From Botryllus schlosseri (taxonomy: Eukaryota), in contig CM119371.1 in the NCBI GenBank assembly GCA_051294905.1, positions 434,001 through 498,000 of the forward strand: a stretch of 64,000 nucleotides of DNA, written 5' to 3'. Of this stretch, positions 26,871 through 38,682 are shown piece by piece. Below the pieces are notes generated by a model that saw nothing but the letters and a program-made list of their open reading frames with translations, made no database searches and was not told the DNA's origin. Both the position numbers and the translations under genes were made by a program. Positions within the stretch are counted from its first letter, which is position 1, and the number at the start of each line of letters is the position of its first letter.

Positions 26871-27153
26871 CAGTGGTCCCCAAACTTTACGAGAAAATTT
26901 ACGTGACAATTTCCCTCCGCGGGTCGCATTTGTCTCGCACAGGGAGAATAAAATTTAATTTGAATAACTCTACTTCATGTTGATTTACAAAATAATTTTA
27001 AGCAACTTCGATTTTGGTTCAGACAATAACCTGTCTAAAAAATTTTATACTCTGGGAATTAAAATATTCGAAAATTTCTGGATCGTGTGAATTTTTGGAA
27101 GGTACTTTGCAGTCATAAAAATTGTCTCGCAGACCCCAGTTTGCGAACCACTG
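26871..27153. mobile_element. hAT-Charlie-like MITE
   Basis: cagtggtccccaaact...agtttgcgaaccactg termini; TSD degraded. Confidence 0.7.
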
Positions 27154-28213
27154 CATATATTTACTATGCCGTACATGGAATGAGCGATCATTATCACATC
27201 AGCCTCTCACAGGCAACTATATTACCATATTAATAATAAAATGATAATGTAAAGAACAATCTTCACCCCGTGCCCAAACGATAGGTTTTGAAATCCGTTC
27301 CCAGCAGCACGTCTTCATGACGCCAATAGCATGAAAATATTCTCTATAATGACAGGCATTATTGAACTTGAACAGGTTCTGGTTTCTCATCTTGAAAGCG
27401 TAACTGCGTTAATTATATCTTCAGTGTAAAAGTAAAGGTCATGTCGCTTTTGAAAGAGGGCTTGAGGTCTTTTGGTTAATGTAACTCAGATCACCATCCC
27501 ATTTTACCCACAACCAAACACATAACGACTTCTGTTCTACAGTGATAATAATCAATTGTAGTAATTTACTCATTTATGTTATAGGGTGGCGATAAAGAAG
27601 ATAACAGGAGCAAGGCTGTCATCACAGAGTCTGACAATTCCGACAACGATTTCGAACTTATGCTTAGGCAGCAATATTTGCTGAAGTGATTGCGCAGTTC
27701 TGTGCTGATTTAATACACGAACAAAGCCATGCATGATTTGTAAAATCATCAGTCAGTCTTCATTGATAAGGGCATTGCAGGATGTGGCAGGTCCAGGTGC
27801 CCAACCAGGGTCAGGGGTCACCTAGGGTCAGGGTTCATCTAGGGTCAAGCAAGATATCATGACAATGTCATACAGGTATCTTTGAAGATGTCCTATATAT
27901 GTGCAACTGTGTCGACAGATTTATATAAACAATACATATGACTAGATATATTTTGAAGTAGTTGAGTCATATACAAAATATATCTGCAATATATTCTGTG
28001 TTTGCTGGGATAGTCGAGTGCTCTTCGGGCACGATTCAAACTATTTCCAATAGTGAAGTCACATAACACAAAAATACCAACCAGCCTTCTAACTCTTACC
28101 ACTTGTTTTCATTACTGCCCAAAAATATGGGGGATAACAGACCCAGGCAATTTTCGAAAGAGGGCGCTGCATGGGAAAAAAAAGTTTAGGAACAACTGTA
28201 TTATAGCCTATAC

Positions 28214-28269
28214 CAGGGGTCGGCAACCTTTTGCTAGTCGCGGGCCAAATTTCGGGTGTACAACCTTTT
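28214..28269. mobile_element. Left part of a hAT-Charlie-like MITE split by element E3
   Basis: caggggtcggcaacctttt...cgggccaaatt...caacctt is cut at 28270 and resumes as ttggcgggccgga at 40436. Confidence 0.65.
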
Positions 28270-29485
28270 CCCAGGTAACACGCACACTTGGTGCCCACGT
28301 GGTATTTAGGTGGTTTGATGGGGTGATAAAATTAAATGGTTTCATAACATGGTACCCACATCGAGCCCAAGAGGAATTTAGAGTCAATGATAGGCCCGGA
28401 AATACCACACTAAGCCCACATAGATCCCGTCACTAAATGCACTCGTTTATATCTACTAATTTTAACTCATGAAGTCTTTTACGCAATAAATATATGTGAA
28501 TAAATAATTTATGCCTGTGATTTTCGTCAATGAAGATGTGTCGATATCTCACACCGTTCCCACATTGGACCCACAAGTTTCCCGTCGATAGCTATATTTT
28601 TCCCACATCAGGATTTTTTCGTCCGTTGTAAGGCACACTTGGATTTATTATTTCGCAATGATAGTCGGTGGAACATTGCGACTTGGACTCCGTCTCAAAG
28701 ACACCTTCCTATCTTTTCACTGTATCGCAGTTTTGTGGTGATTTGAAATGATGAGGTTTTTTAATAATAAACTCAAGGAGACCATTATCCTTTCTCTACA
28801 TGAATTGAATAGTGCATAAATTTACCGTATGCGACACAAAATTGAACTAAAACGCACGCCGGGAGTGACTCGAATTGCTCACACAATAGACACTTACGTG
28901 ACCTTTGACACAAACCAATCAGGTTGCAGTAGGATGTAAACAAAGAACAAGCCCGGGCAAGCTTACTATGAGCTCTTATGGAAAAGGGTTGAAAAATATA
29001 GGTTTTTAGCAAAATTACATTGAATTGGGAATAGCTGGCTTTGGTGAATGGTAATAACATAGAGCTAGTATGTATATGCAGTGTTATAACCTACAATAAG
29101 CATGAATGATGGCAAGCACGCATCAGCATGGTATGTCCAAATGAATGAATTTCTGACAACTTTTCGGATGAAGCAACTATTGCTGTATTATCCTTAGTCG
29201 TATACTATAGGATTGTCGTACCGAATAGAATGTATTAGAGGAATAGTGAGTCAGGATATGTGTGGTATCCATTACGTGGCGTTATATGCGTTCTATTTAT
29301 GGAATCGACATTTGTATATAGTAGTCTACAGTCGTATCATTATCTAGCAAATTACTGTTACACTGGACACTTGTCTGCATATTCAATGATCATATTAATA
29401 TGATATATGTTAGGCAACATGATCCGTTCCCAGCTGAAATCGTCATTTTTTTGTTCTAGCTCGTGTATTGAATCTATCAGGATAA

Positions 29486-31140
29486 ATGCCGGATAAACAC
29501 TGTGCTAATAGCCTGTGTAACATGGAGATGGCTACCCAGACCGTTCCTGGTGTGCGCTTTTACCTTTCCCAGAGCCAATGACATGCATGGAAGAATGTAA
29601 AATCTGGATAAAGGCATGTGGACTTCCTTGTAGTCATCTGAATTCTCATTTTATTAAGAAAATGACGTATCTATTACTGTACCAAAAATATTGAATCGTG
29701 ACATAATCTAGAATCTAGATCAGTGGTTCCCAACGTGGGCGATTTGGCGGTCTAGGGGGGGCGAAAATGACGAAGGGGGCGACAGGGGGGCGATGACGCG
29801 TCAAAACGGCTGACATTTTTTTTTTTAGTCAACCCATGGAAATTTAGTTACAAAAGTGTGTCAAATTAGACATCGAGCCGAAAATTTGACCCTTTTTTTT
29901 AGTCAACCCGCCGGTGATTACAGGTTTGTATGCCCAATTTTCGGTACACAAAATTTGGGGGGCGATGATCGGTATTGACCTTGAAAAGGGGGCGATAGGT
30001 CGAAAAAGGTTGGGAACCACTGATCTAGATGAAACAATTCTGTGTTTCAAAATGAGTCCAATCTGAAATGCAGTCACACTTGATGCCACAATCAACTTGG
30101 TGTGTGTCTCGTTTTATTCCACTCCAGTTTTGTTGCTTGATGGTGTGTAATGTATTGAAATTGTTGAAAACAATATATTCAATAATGAGACGAATAGTTG
30201 AAATTGGTAGCGGTGATACGTTGTATGAGTCGGACGAGTACGCCTTGATAGGTGCCTGCACAGCAGTATTGCTCTGTAAAATAAACATATTATATATTTT
30301 GTGCAGGCTTGATGGATATCTTTTATGAAGCTGCAGAAAGAGGAAGTCGATGGATAAAACGCAAGAAAATCAAATTTCTGGAAGAAGTATAGAAGCACAA
30401 AACAGTAAACTCGTCCAGGAAAATTACAAATTGACGGACAATTATTGCTAGTGAGGTTCAGTTCTCAGAGGAGCATCATAATGTCAAAAGATGCGGAGAA
30501 GCTGAAATTTTATGCTAGACTACATTAAATTCTTTCTGAATTGCCCGACTTATCCTACTGACGTCAAATTTATAGTATTGCTGTAAGCATAGTATTTAAC
30601 CATTGGGTCAGCCATATGTAACTGCTTCATTATATCGCGATTTGGCCATGTAGATATGTGGTTCTTAAAAATGCACCATTTGCATTCATTCATGATTTCT
30701 CAAATCTAGAATGATTATTGACTGTCAATAAATCCCATACAACTTTGAAAGGATTGATGGATTGTGGTACACTTACTTTTATGCAGGAACTATTCACAGG
30801 GAGCATTTCAGATCGAAATATTAGTTAAATATGTGGATTCGACAAGAAATGTAAGAAAATGATGGAGTTCAGCTATGGTGAGCCAGGCAATGCTATCATG
30901 GCAGAAAAGGGATTCACCATTGAGTCTGATATCAAGAAATTGAATCTAGATTTAAATATTGCTGCACGTGATTTACACACCGTCAAATGCCTGAGCCAGA
31001 CTGTTCCACAACAAGAAAGATGGCGAGAGAACGTATTCATATTGAACAGCTGATCGGAAGAATCAAGGAGTATAAAATTTTGTCTGGTGTCATACTATGC
31101 AGCATTGTGTATCACAACTAACCAAATATATATGGACTAA
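29486..31140 (+). pseudogene. THAP + DDE_Tnp_4 transposase remnant
   Basis: THAP text MPDKHCANSLCN..GVRF/PFPEP..ECKIWIKACGLP. DDE text MIIDC, KSHTTLKGL, ELFTGSISDR, IMAEKGFTI, ARERIHIEQLIGRIKEYKILSG. Contains stops, frameshifts and a MITE insertion. Confidence 0.85.
29721..30022. mobile_element. hAT-Charlie MITE inserted in the ISL2EU transposase
   Basis: cagtggttcccaac...gttgggaaccactg with a perfect TSD atctagat and internal gggggcga motifs. Confidence 0.92.
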
Positions 31141-31189
31141 TTGCATACTCTAATTCAAGATTGAAAATTAAAAATGAATGACGCAACAT

Positions 31190-31958
31190 ATTCGGCAATT
31201 GTGCAAATTCAGTTCCATTGTCAATATCGTAATGCCTAATAGCATGCTACGGATCGTAATTGCGCGGAGCCATGGTCAGTCTGTACCAACAGTGCATGTC
31301 TAGATATTCCAGTGGTGTGCATTATTGAAGCTCATTTAGATGCCCAATTTGTTGAATGAACAATTCTCCAGATGAAAATGTTCTAGGATTATTTGTGTTT
31401 GATGGAATGTTATAAAACTGAAGACACCAGATACACCAAAATCTACCTTGAGGCAGGAGTTGATCGGTTGCGAGTACGGTGGAGAGATTGCTTGTCAATC
31501 ACGATGGAGCTCACTGATGCTGATGCAAATCACAATGTAGTCCTTTTAGCTTCAGGTGCTGGATTGTCTTAATCAATGCATATGCATGAGAGCATATATC
31601 AGAACCAAATATGAAAATAAATCATGGTTAAAATATCTATTGAAGGAGTCTCTGAAAAAATGTCTTTTTCCTTACTTACCCTGTCTTACAAGTGCAAGAC
31701 CGATCAATAATGGATTTTCCGAGAACGTGCATTTCCATTGAGTGTGTTATCTCACTTTTCCGCAAGTTGCGATAACATTGGCTGTTCACTAGAATATTGC
31801 TTCTAAAAAGAGTGGATTGTCTCCTCAATCTTTATCCCTAAATCGTGTGTATAGCGCTCCATGAAATACTTCGTAGCTTTCTCCGCGGTGTTAGAAGAAG
31901 ATGCTGTTCCACTCAAATCCATAAATTCGATAGAATCTCCATAGCTTTCAAGTTTCAT
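31190..31958 (-). pseudogene. ISL2EU second ORF remnant (SWIM finger; YqaJ-like nuclease mostly deleted)
   Basis: KATKYFMERYTHDL..CYRNLRKSEITH..SCTCKTG|gtaag followed by ICSHAYAL (CxC..CxH). An LLVQT/PWLRA fragment lies further on. Confidence 0.7.
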
Positions 31959-33305
31959 AATCAATACACAAAAATTGTGATGTGTGGCAGCAGCTATATT
32001 TTATAGTATATATATTTCTGAACATGAGATATGCTTGAAAATTTTGCTCGAGACCTGGAGTCTATGAAATCGTCAAAATATGCATTACCACAATCCTATA
32101 GTATAGTATACAACAATCGTCGCTTAATCAGAAAAGTTGTCAAAAACCCGTGCATTTGGACACAGCACGCTGGTGCGTACTTGCCACCATTCATGTTCAT
32201 CCTAGATTAAAAGCTGCAACCACATACTAGCTCTACGCTATTACTATTCATTAAGGCCAGTCATCTCCAATTCAACGTAATCTTGCTTAAAACCTTCATT
32301 TTTCAACCTTTTTCCATAAGAGCTCATAGTAAGCTTTCCCGGGCTTGTTCTTTGTTTACATCCTGCTGCAACCTGATTGGTTCGTGTCAAAGGTCACGTA
32401 AGCGTCTATTGCGATGTTTTACAGTTGCGAGTATGTTTGTGAAGTCCCAGACTCCCAATGAAAGAAAACTTCTTCTAGTCGCTCCAGGGATCACTCAGTC
32501 GTGACAAGTGAGCCAATCATATGCAAGCTCGCGAGTTTTCATGTGAGAGACACCGCCGCGATTCTTGGCTTGGCGAGTCGAGTGGCGTGTGTAGAAATCA
32601 ATAATGGCGACTTCACGAGTGTGGACTGTCTGCGTAAGACAACTATTGCAGTGCGGCGAGATATGTCAGCTCAGATGATGCGTATGGATAATTATATCAA
32701 TCGTTCGTTTGGATGATGAAGATTGAGTTTGTCAAAGGGATATTAAGTGGCAATTAGTGTAGTCATCAGGAACGTACGGATATTAGGCACCACTCGTCTC
32801 TGGCCTCAAAAACAGATTTGTGTGTAGATTTATCTGTAGTAGGTAATACTGTAGCGCGCCATTACGGCTGTTGAACAGCCCTACTCGCAATGCGAGCGGT
32901 AAAGTTAGTGAAACTGATCTCAGCCTAATGCTATATATACGATCATATTGGTTTCGAAAATTTAATATTTAATATTTTGTTTTAGCGCTCATTGATAAAC
33001 TGGGATTCGCACCAATGATAGGCCACGGCAGTCTAAGTGTATGATTGTGGGTATCCCTAAAAGACGGAGAAGCGGGTTGCTCTACACGTAATATTACAAT
33101 TTGCAAAGTAGGCCTAGTCCGATCACCGATCGGATCTTTGCGTCACGCCCAACTAGATAATTTCGGATTCAAGATGCATGATTAGGGTGTATTATCTATT
33201 TTTTGAATGTCATAGTTGAATTAATACGCTAGGCGCGTCCATCTAAAATGCGCAAGCGCCACAGTTTTGTTTTGCTTTTCAGCAGCAATGCGTTTTGCCG
33301 ACCGG

Positions 33306-35538
33306 GAGGAAGTTGGCCATCAAATTCTAGCCATCAAAAAAAAAAATTCGGAACTACTATGTACAACAACGCAGGTATCGGATGTATCACCAGGACCACT
33401 CTTCCGGCCATGGTGCGTGGCAGCAATCGGCCACATATGATATTTCGACGTTGGCCGGCCGCGTTGAAATACGAATTAAAGTAATTTCAAATCAATCAGC
33501 ATACAAATTACCGACCAATTTCATCGCATCACGTCATTTGTGAAACAACTAACAAAGAATATAAACTCGACTGGCACCTGAACAGAGCTATCTCGCGAAA
33601 CACTATCGCCGTCGCGAAATCTTCACAGCTGCTAGTTGTCGCTCTGCTGCAAACAAAATATCGCCAAATGCATTTCTAGCCAACAAAATCTGGATTTGAC
33701 AAAACAAATAGTGTTCCGACACGTGAAACGCCGTACCTCAAAATCTTAATGTCTATTTTTCGATCAAAAAGTTGTTTTAGAAAGTAATAGGACAGTCCTA
33801 CATGTTGCTAAACTATAAAGAAGTGTGTGCAACTCACCTTGAATAAATCTCAAAACTATACGATACGCTCAACTATACAGTCAAGAATATTAAAATTTAT
33901 TCACGAAAAATATTCAAAATTTTTCAATCTATTCACTGTGTCAAGGAATGGATTTCAAATACGTATAGCCTATAGTTAAGCCTAGCATCACACTAATTTT
34001 CAGCGATATCCAAGTGGCGCAAGGTGTCCAACAGGCGCGATACGCCGACTGCACAGTCATTGAAATTCAAATTTATTCTCAAAACACAGCCGAGCGTATC
34101 GGGCCCGTTGGACACCTTGCGCCACTTGGATATCGCTGAAAATTGGGGTGCTGCTAGGCTTAACTGTAAGCTATACGTATTTGAAAGCCATTCGTTGACA
34201 CAGGTTATAGTTTGAAAATTTTCGAATATTTTTCGTGAATAAATTTTAATTTTAATGACTGTGCAGCCGAGCGTATCGGGCCTGTTGGACAGCTTGCGCC
34301 ACTTGGATATCGCTAATAATTGGTGTGATGCTAGGCTTAACTGTAAGCTATACATATTTCAAACCCATTCCTTGACACAGGTTATTGCTTGAAAAATTTC
34401 GAATATTTTTGTGAATAAATTTGAATTTCGATGACTGTGCAGTCGGGCGTATCGCGCCTGTTGGACACCTTGCGCCACTTGGATATCGCTAAAAATTGGT
34501 GTGATGCTAGGCTTAACTGTAAGCTATACGTATTTGAAAGCCATTCGTTGACACAGGTTATAGTTTGAAAATTTTCGAATATTTTTCGTGAATAAATTTG
34601 AATTTCAATGATTGTTCAGTCGAGCTTATTGGGCCCGTTGGACACCTTGCGCCACTTGGATATCTCTGAAAATTGGGGTGCTGCTAGGCTTAACTATAGG
34701 CTATACGTACTTGAAAGCTATTCCTTGACACAGGTTATAGCTTGAAAAATTTCGAATATTTTTTGTGAATAAATTTGAATTTCAATGACTGTGCAGTCGG
34801 CGTATCGCGCCTGTTGGACACCTTGCGCCACTTGGATATCGCTGAAAATTAGTGTGATGCTAGGCTTAACTATAGGCTACACGTATTTGAAATCCATTTC
34901 TTGACACAGTGAATAGATTGAAAAATTTTGAATATTTTTCGTGAATAAATTTTAATATTCTTGACTGTATAGTTGAGCGTATCGTATAGTTTTGAGATTT
35001 ATTCAAGGTGAGTTGCACACACTTCTTTATAGTTTAGCAACATGTAGGACTGTCCTATTACTTTCTAAAACAACTGTTTGATCGAAAAATAGACATTAAG
35101 ATTTTGAGGTACGGCGTTTCATGTGTCGGAACACTATTTGTTTTGTCAAATCCAGATTTTGTTGGCTAGAAATGCATTTGGCGATATTTTGTTTGCAGCA
35201 GAGCGACAACTAGCAGCTGTGAAGATTTCGCGACGGCGATAGTGTTTCGCGAGATAGCTCTGTTCAGGTGCCAGTCGAGTTTATATTCTTTGTTAGTTGT
35301 TTCACAAATGACGTGATGCGATGAAATCGGTCGGTAATTTGTATGCTGATTGATTTGAAATTACTTTAATTCGTATTTCAACGCGGCCGGCCAACGTCGA
35401 AATATCATATGTGGCCGATTGCTGCCACGCACCATGGCCGGAAGAGTGGTCCTGGTGATACATCCGATACCTGCGTTGTTGTACATAGTAGTTCCGAATT
35501 TTTTTTTTGATGGCTAGAATTTGATGGCCAACTTCCTC
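33306..35538. mobile_element. Foldback element with ~770-bp near-identical TIRs, Sola2-like termini
   Basis: ccgg|GAGGAAGTTGGCC ... GGCCAACTTCCTC|ccgg. Arms 33306-~34078 and ~34767-35538 differ at only a few positions. No coding capacity seen. Confidence 0.85.
34085..34960. repeat. Tandem array of ~177-bp units inside the foldback element
   Basis: The motif gccacttggatatc starts at 34121, 34298, 34474, 34651 and 34827; one inverted unit lies in the left arm. Confidence 0.95.
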
Positions 35539-35769
35539 CCGGAAGCCGAAGCTAGTATGTTGTTTTCAAGTTTCGAGTAGGCTAATCTTTACGTTTTTTG
35601 TATATTTTCTAGCTTCGTTTGAAGAAGCGGAAAAGAAAAGGGACCGGTCACTGCACCAGACAGATCCAGAGATTTCAGAATCGTGTGATGGACTGCCTGC
35701 TAAACGGATGTAAGTAAATCTTTTGTTAATTGAATCGGAAGGCAATGCTTGCAACCATAGGCGCCGACT

Positions 35770-35831
35770 TACAAGGTTACGAGGTGGCGCAGCCACCTCG
35801 TGACCATATTTCCGAGGTGGCGGCCACCTCG
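35770..35831 (-). other. Twin GC-rich hairpins, possible Helitron/Helentron-type terminus
   Basis: ggttacgaggtggc-gca-gccacctcgtgacc (35775-35805) and cgaggtggc-g-gccacctcg (35813-35831). The minus strand continues CTTGT. Confidence 0.45.
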
Positions 35832-35936
35832 TACAAAATGCTCAAACGCCCAAGTGATTTGTGACCAGTAATTAGTAATAAGGCGAATCGATGCGTCCTC
35901 ATTAGAGACGTCTTCGATTTCGATACGCACGTGTGC

Positions 35937-36928
35937 CAGGCACGTAGACACGGGGGTTTCCGGGGTCGAACTTTCCTATTTGAAAAGCGAAACCACGTCA
36001 TGTTGAAATGATCATTCTAACTCTATAATTCGGTTGCAATTCAATAATTGTGTAATCAGTGTTCCGCGCGCCGGATTTGCGAGAAACGTGTTGTCAATTA
36101 GCGAGAAGAATCTGTGATGATCTTCCGCTGAGATGGTCGCGAAATGGGGTCATTCATTCTTGTGCGCGTGGCAATCGTCGATAGCCTGATTTATCGCGTC
36201 TCGATCAAGCCTGGTTCAGCAGGCATCAACAATAGCATCTGCCATAGGCCCAGTTTACGCTATATCATCGCTTAACTGCGCAATCGTATCTGCATAGTGC
36301 ATTAGCGGCTTCGGCCTGGTGTGCACGATATCATCGCTGGCCTAGACAATAGCATCTGCAATAGACCTGGAGTGAAAGATATCATTGCTGGCCTATGGCC
36401 TAACTATCGCGCCTCGGGCCTAGCATGATTTGGCCCCTATCTCTCGCTGGTTTTGAGACAATGTGGTCAAGTTTACGCTGATTAGTGATTGCTTTATGTC
36501 ATATTGAGTAAAAAGCGACATCGCGAAACTGAATAACATCAAATCGCTGCAAACAGACTTTAACGTGCGAAATTGATTCCCACTAATATACTTGAACGTA
36601 ACGACCAGAAGATGTGTATCATGTCCGAGTTCTGAAAATACGACAAAGGTTTGAAATAGGTGCAATCAAGTTCGGACATTTGCGAAAACTGTAGCCGAGA
36701 CTGCGTAATACGCGCGCGTACTTAATTGTTCACCAGAGATAGTGACGCGCTAATTGACAGCACTCCCGGAATCTTTGGCAAGCTTATCATACTCCTAAAA
36801 TCGCCGGTACGAAGAGATTATATGATCGCCATTTACACATGTACTTGACCCTAATTGAATTGATGCTATATTGGTAAATTTGAAAAAAAATCCAAATCCC
36901 CCTAATTTTTCGACTGGCCACGCGCCTC
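35937..36928. mobile_element. Non-autonomous hAT element with internal ~45-50-bp sub-repeats
   Basis: caggcacgtagac...ggccacgcgcct termini; TSD acgtgtgc/gcgtgtgc; internal atcatcgctggcct..aatagcatctgc repeats. Homologous pieces at ~13380-13570 and ~46543-46766 plus ~49248-49609. Confidence 0.75.
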
Positions 36929-37617
36929 GCGTGTGCTGAGAAGCACCATCCTAAATCTCCTCTGCCGACCAGGCGCCCAAATGTACGTTCTGCTTTTCTG
37001 AAATCTAAATTATGTGCACCCATATTCGTTTTTACAAAACCATTCATGAGCTAGCTAGCTTCATGATAGGTAATCGGAGCGCGGAATTTGAGGGTGTGTT
37101 GGTGTACGCCTGCAAATTGGAATTCATTTCTGCGCCGATTCGTTTCTCTAACAAGGCTTTGCCAGTGATTAATCGGAAAATGCAGCAATACAGCTTAAAC
37201 ACCGATATAATGAGAAAACAATTGTCGCGACGAAAGCTACTCAATATGGTGTCACACTCAAAACTGATTCGTGGTGATACTGATTAGATTACACGCTTTC
37301 TCATTTGCCATCATCCATATTTCTTGTTATCTACTTGATACATTCGTAGTTACGAAATTGTCGCACAAATTCATTTTTCGCTCATCTATTTTGTGAATGT
37401 TGCCGGTGCCGACAACTATTTTACTTGAAGGATATTATAGTTATTGCTAGACAGTATTTTCAAAATTTGATTCGTAAATTAGTATGAAGTAAAGTATTTT
37501 AGGACAGATATATTGGCACCATGGGAAAAATATGAATTTGGAATCGGTCGAAATTGGTGATCTAATTATAGTTCATTTTTTCTACAGTCTTGCTGTATTT
37601 TAGGTTTCTCAGTCAAA

Positions 37618-38682
37618 ATGCCTACCAGCATAGACGGACAAAGCAATCATTCGCTCCACTCTCTCGAAGACGATGAAATGGACGCTGGGGAGGACGTGCC
37701 CGACTGCTTGGATGGCGAACCAGATAAATCTCTCGATGACAGTGAAATTGACATTGGTGAGGATATAGCAACCTCCGTCAAATCCACTCCAAATCACAGT
37801 CGCGGTGTGTATGATTTTTATTTCCGCAGTATATAAAAAATTGAAACTATCATTTTTATCTTACAGGCATATCAGCTCAATTGCAAGCCAGCATGGATGT
37901 TGCATTGCGAGCCATGGATGCTTGATTACAAGCTACATTGAAAACTATGGGTCATAAAGTCCTTAACGTTCAACAAGACATCAAGCAAATGTCAAAGAGT
38001 GTTTACAAAACAGAAAGAAACATGGACTTGATTCTGCCACACTTCAAAGTGTCTCTGCCTACAGAACTCCCTGCCGCGTTTCCAATTAAAGATGGCGAGG
38101 AACTCAAACAGATGGATCAGCTTGTAAAAAGTGATTCTGGAGTATTTGAACAAATTGTAAAAAATACCCCTGCCAATTAAGGTGCAGGCGCGTACTAATC
38201 TGCACTTTCTTATAGGTGAATGCTCTTATCGGTGTTGGTGGAAATATTGCTGACGAATTCATAAGGCGGACAATGCCAAGACTAATGAAAAATGAATTTG
38301 CAAATTGCTGCAGTGTCTTCGGAAGAAAGGATGACGAAATCTGTCTGAAAGATACAGTAATTTTTAATAGTGTTTTTGGTATGTTGCTCGATAGAATTTG
38401 AAGTATTTTATTCAGTTATGGACTGATTTATCTTGAACAGCTGCAGTCAAGATGAACTTGGCCACAAAAGAATGCACCGAAAAGGACGTTGAAAGCTCCA
38501 TTCGAAAATGGCTTCAGAACTCCAGAGATCGTGCCGGCGGTTCAAGGTACGGACAAAAGAGGAGTCAAGAGTGCCACAATCTGAAGCATTGGGGTTACCT
38601 TCAACCAGAAAAGCGCGGCGTATTCATAATATCAATCGTTTCATTTAACTGTGAGCACGCAAAGAGTGTTCCGATTGTATGA
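37618..38682 (+). pseudogene. DUF4806-domain gene (E3), four exons, one premature stop
   Basis: Exons 37618-37804, 37867-38156, 38216-38378 and 38441-38682, all GT-AG with matching phases. Reads FPIKDGEELKQMD..IGVGG..IRRTMPRLMKNEFA..SVFGRK..TEKDVESSIRKWLQNSRDRAGG. TGA at 37923-37925. Confidence 0.85.

Larger units (their letters stand above)
16549..28009. mobile_element. EnSpm/CACTA-like element E2 (outer), decayed
   Basis: cccagcaaacac termini in inverted orientation with similar subterminal sequence (atatatt.c.ga.at). The flanking dinucleotides do not match (ta/at), so the pairing is inferred. Confidence 0.55.
28885..32410. mobile_element. ISL2EU-type (PIF/Harbinger-related) transposon, decayed
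   Basis: ~330-bp inverted arms starting aatagacacttacgtgacctttgacac and ending gtgtcaaaggtcacgtaagcgtctatt, enclosing two convergent decayed ORFs. Confidence 0.85.

Noticed and set aside
27805..27848. agggtc repeats as interstitial telomere
   Set aside because: Short, irregular and not TTAGGG; they lie in the subterminal region of element E2.
28785..32504. Similar ORFs 28785-29060 and 32283-32504 as paralogues
   Set aside because: Both fall in the inverted arms of the ISL2EU element.
34085..34960. Regularly spaced repeats as a CRISPR array
   Set aside because: The whole ~177-bp unit repeats, with no unique spacers or cas genes, in a eukaryotic context.
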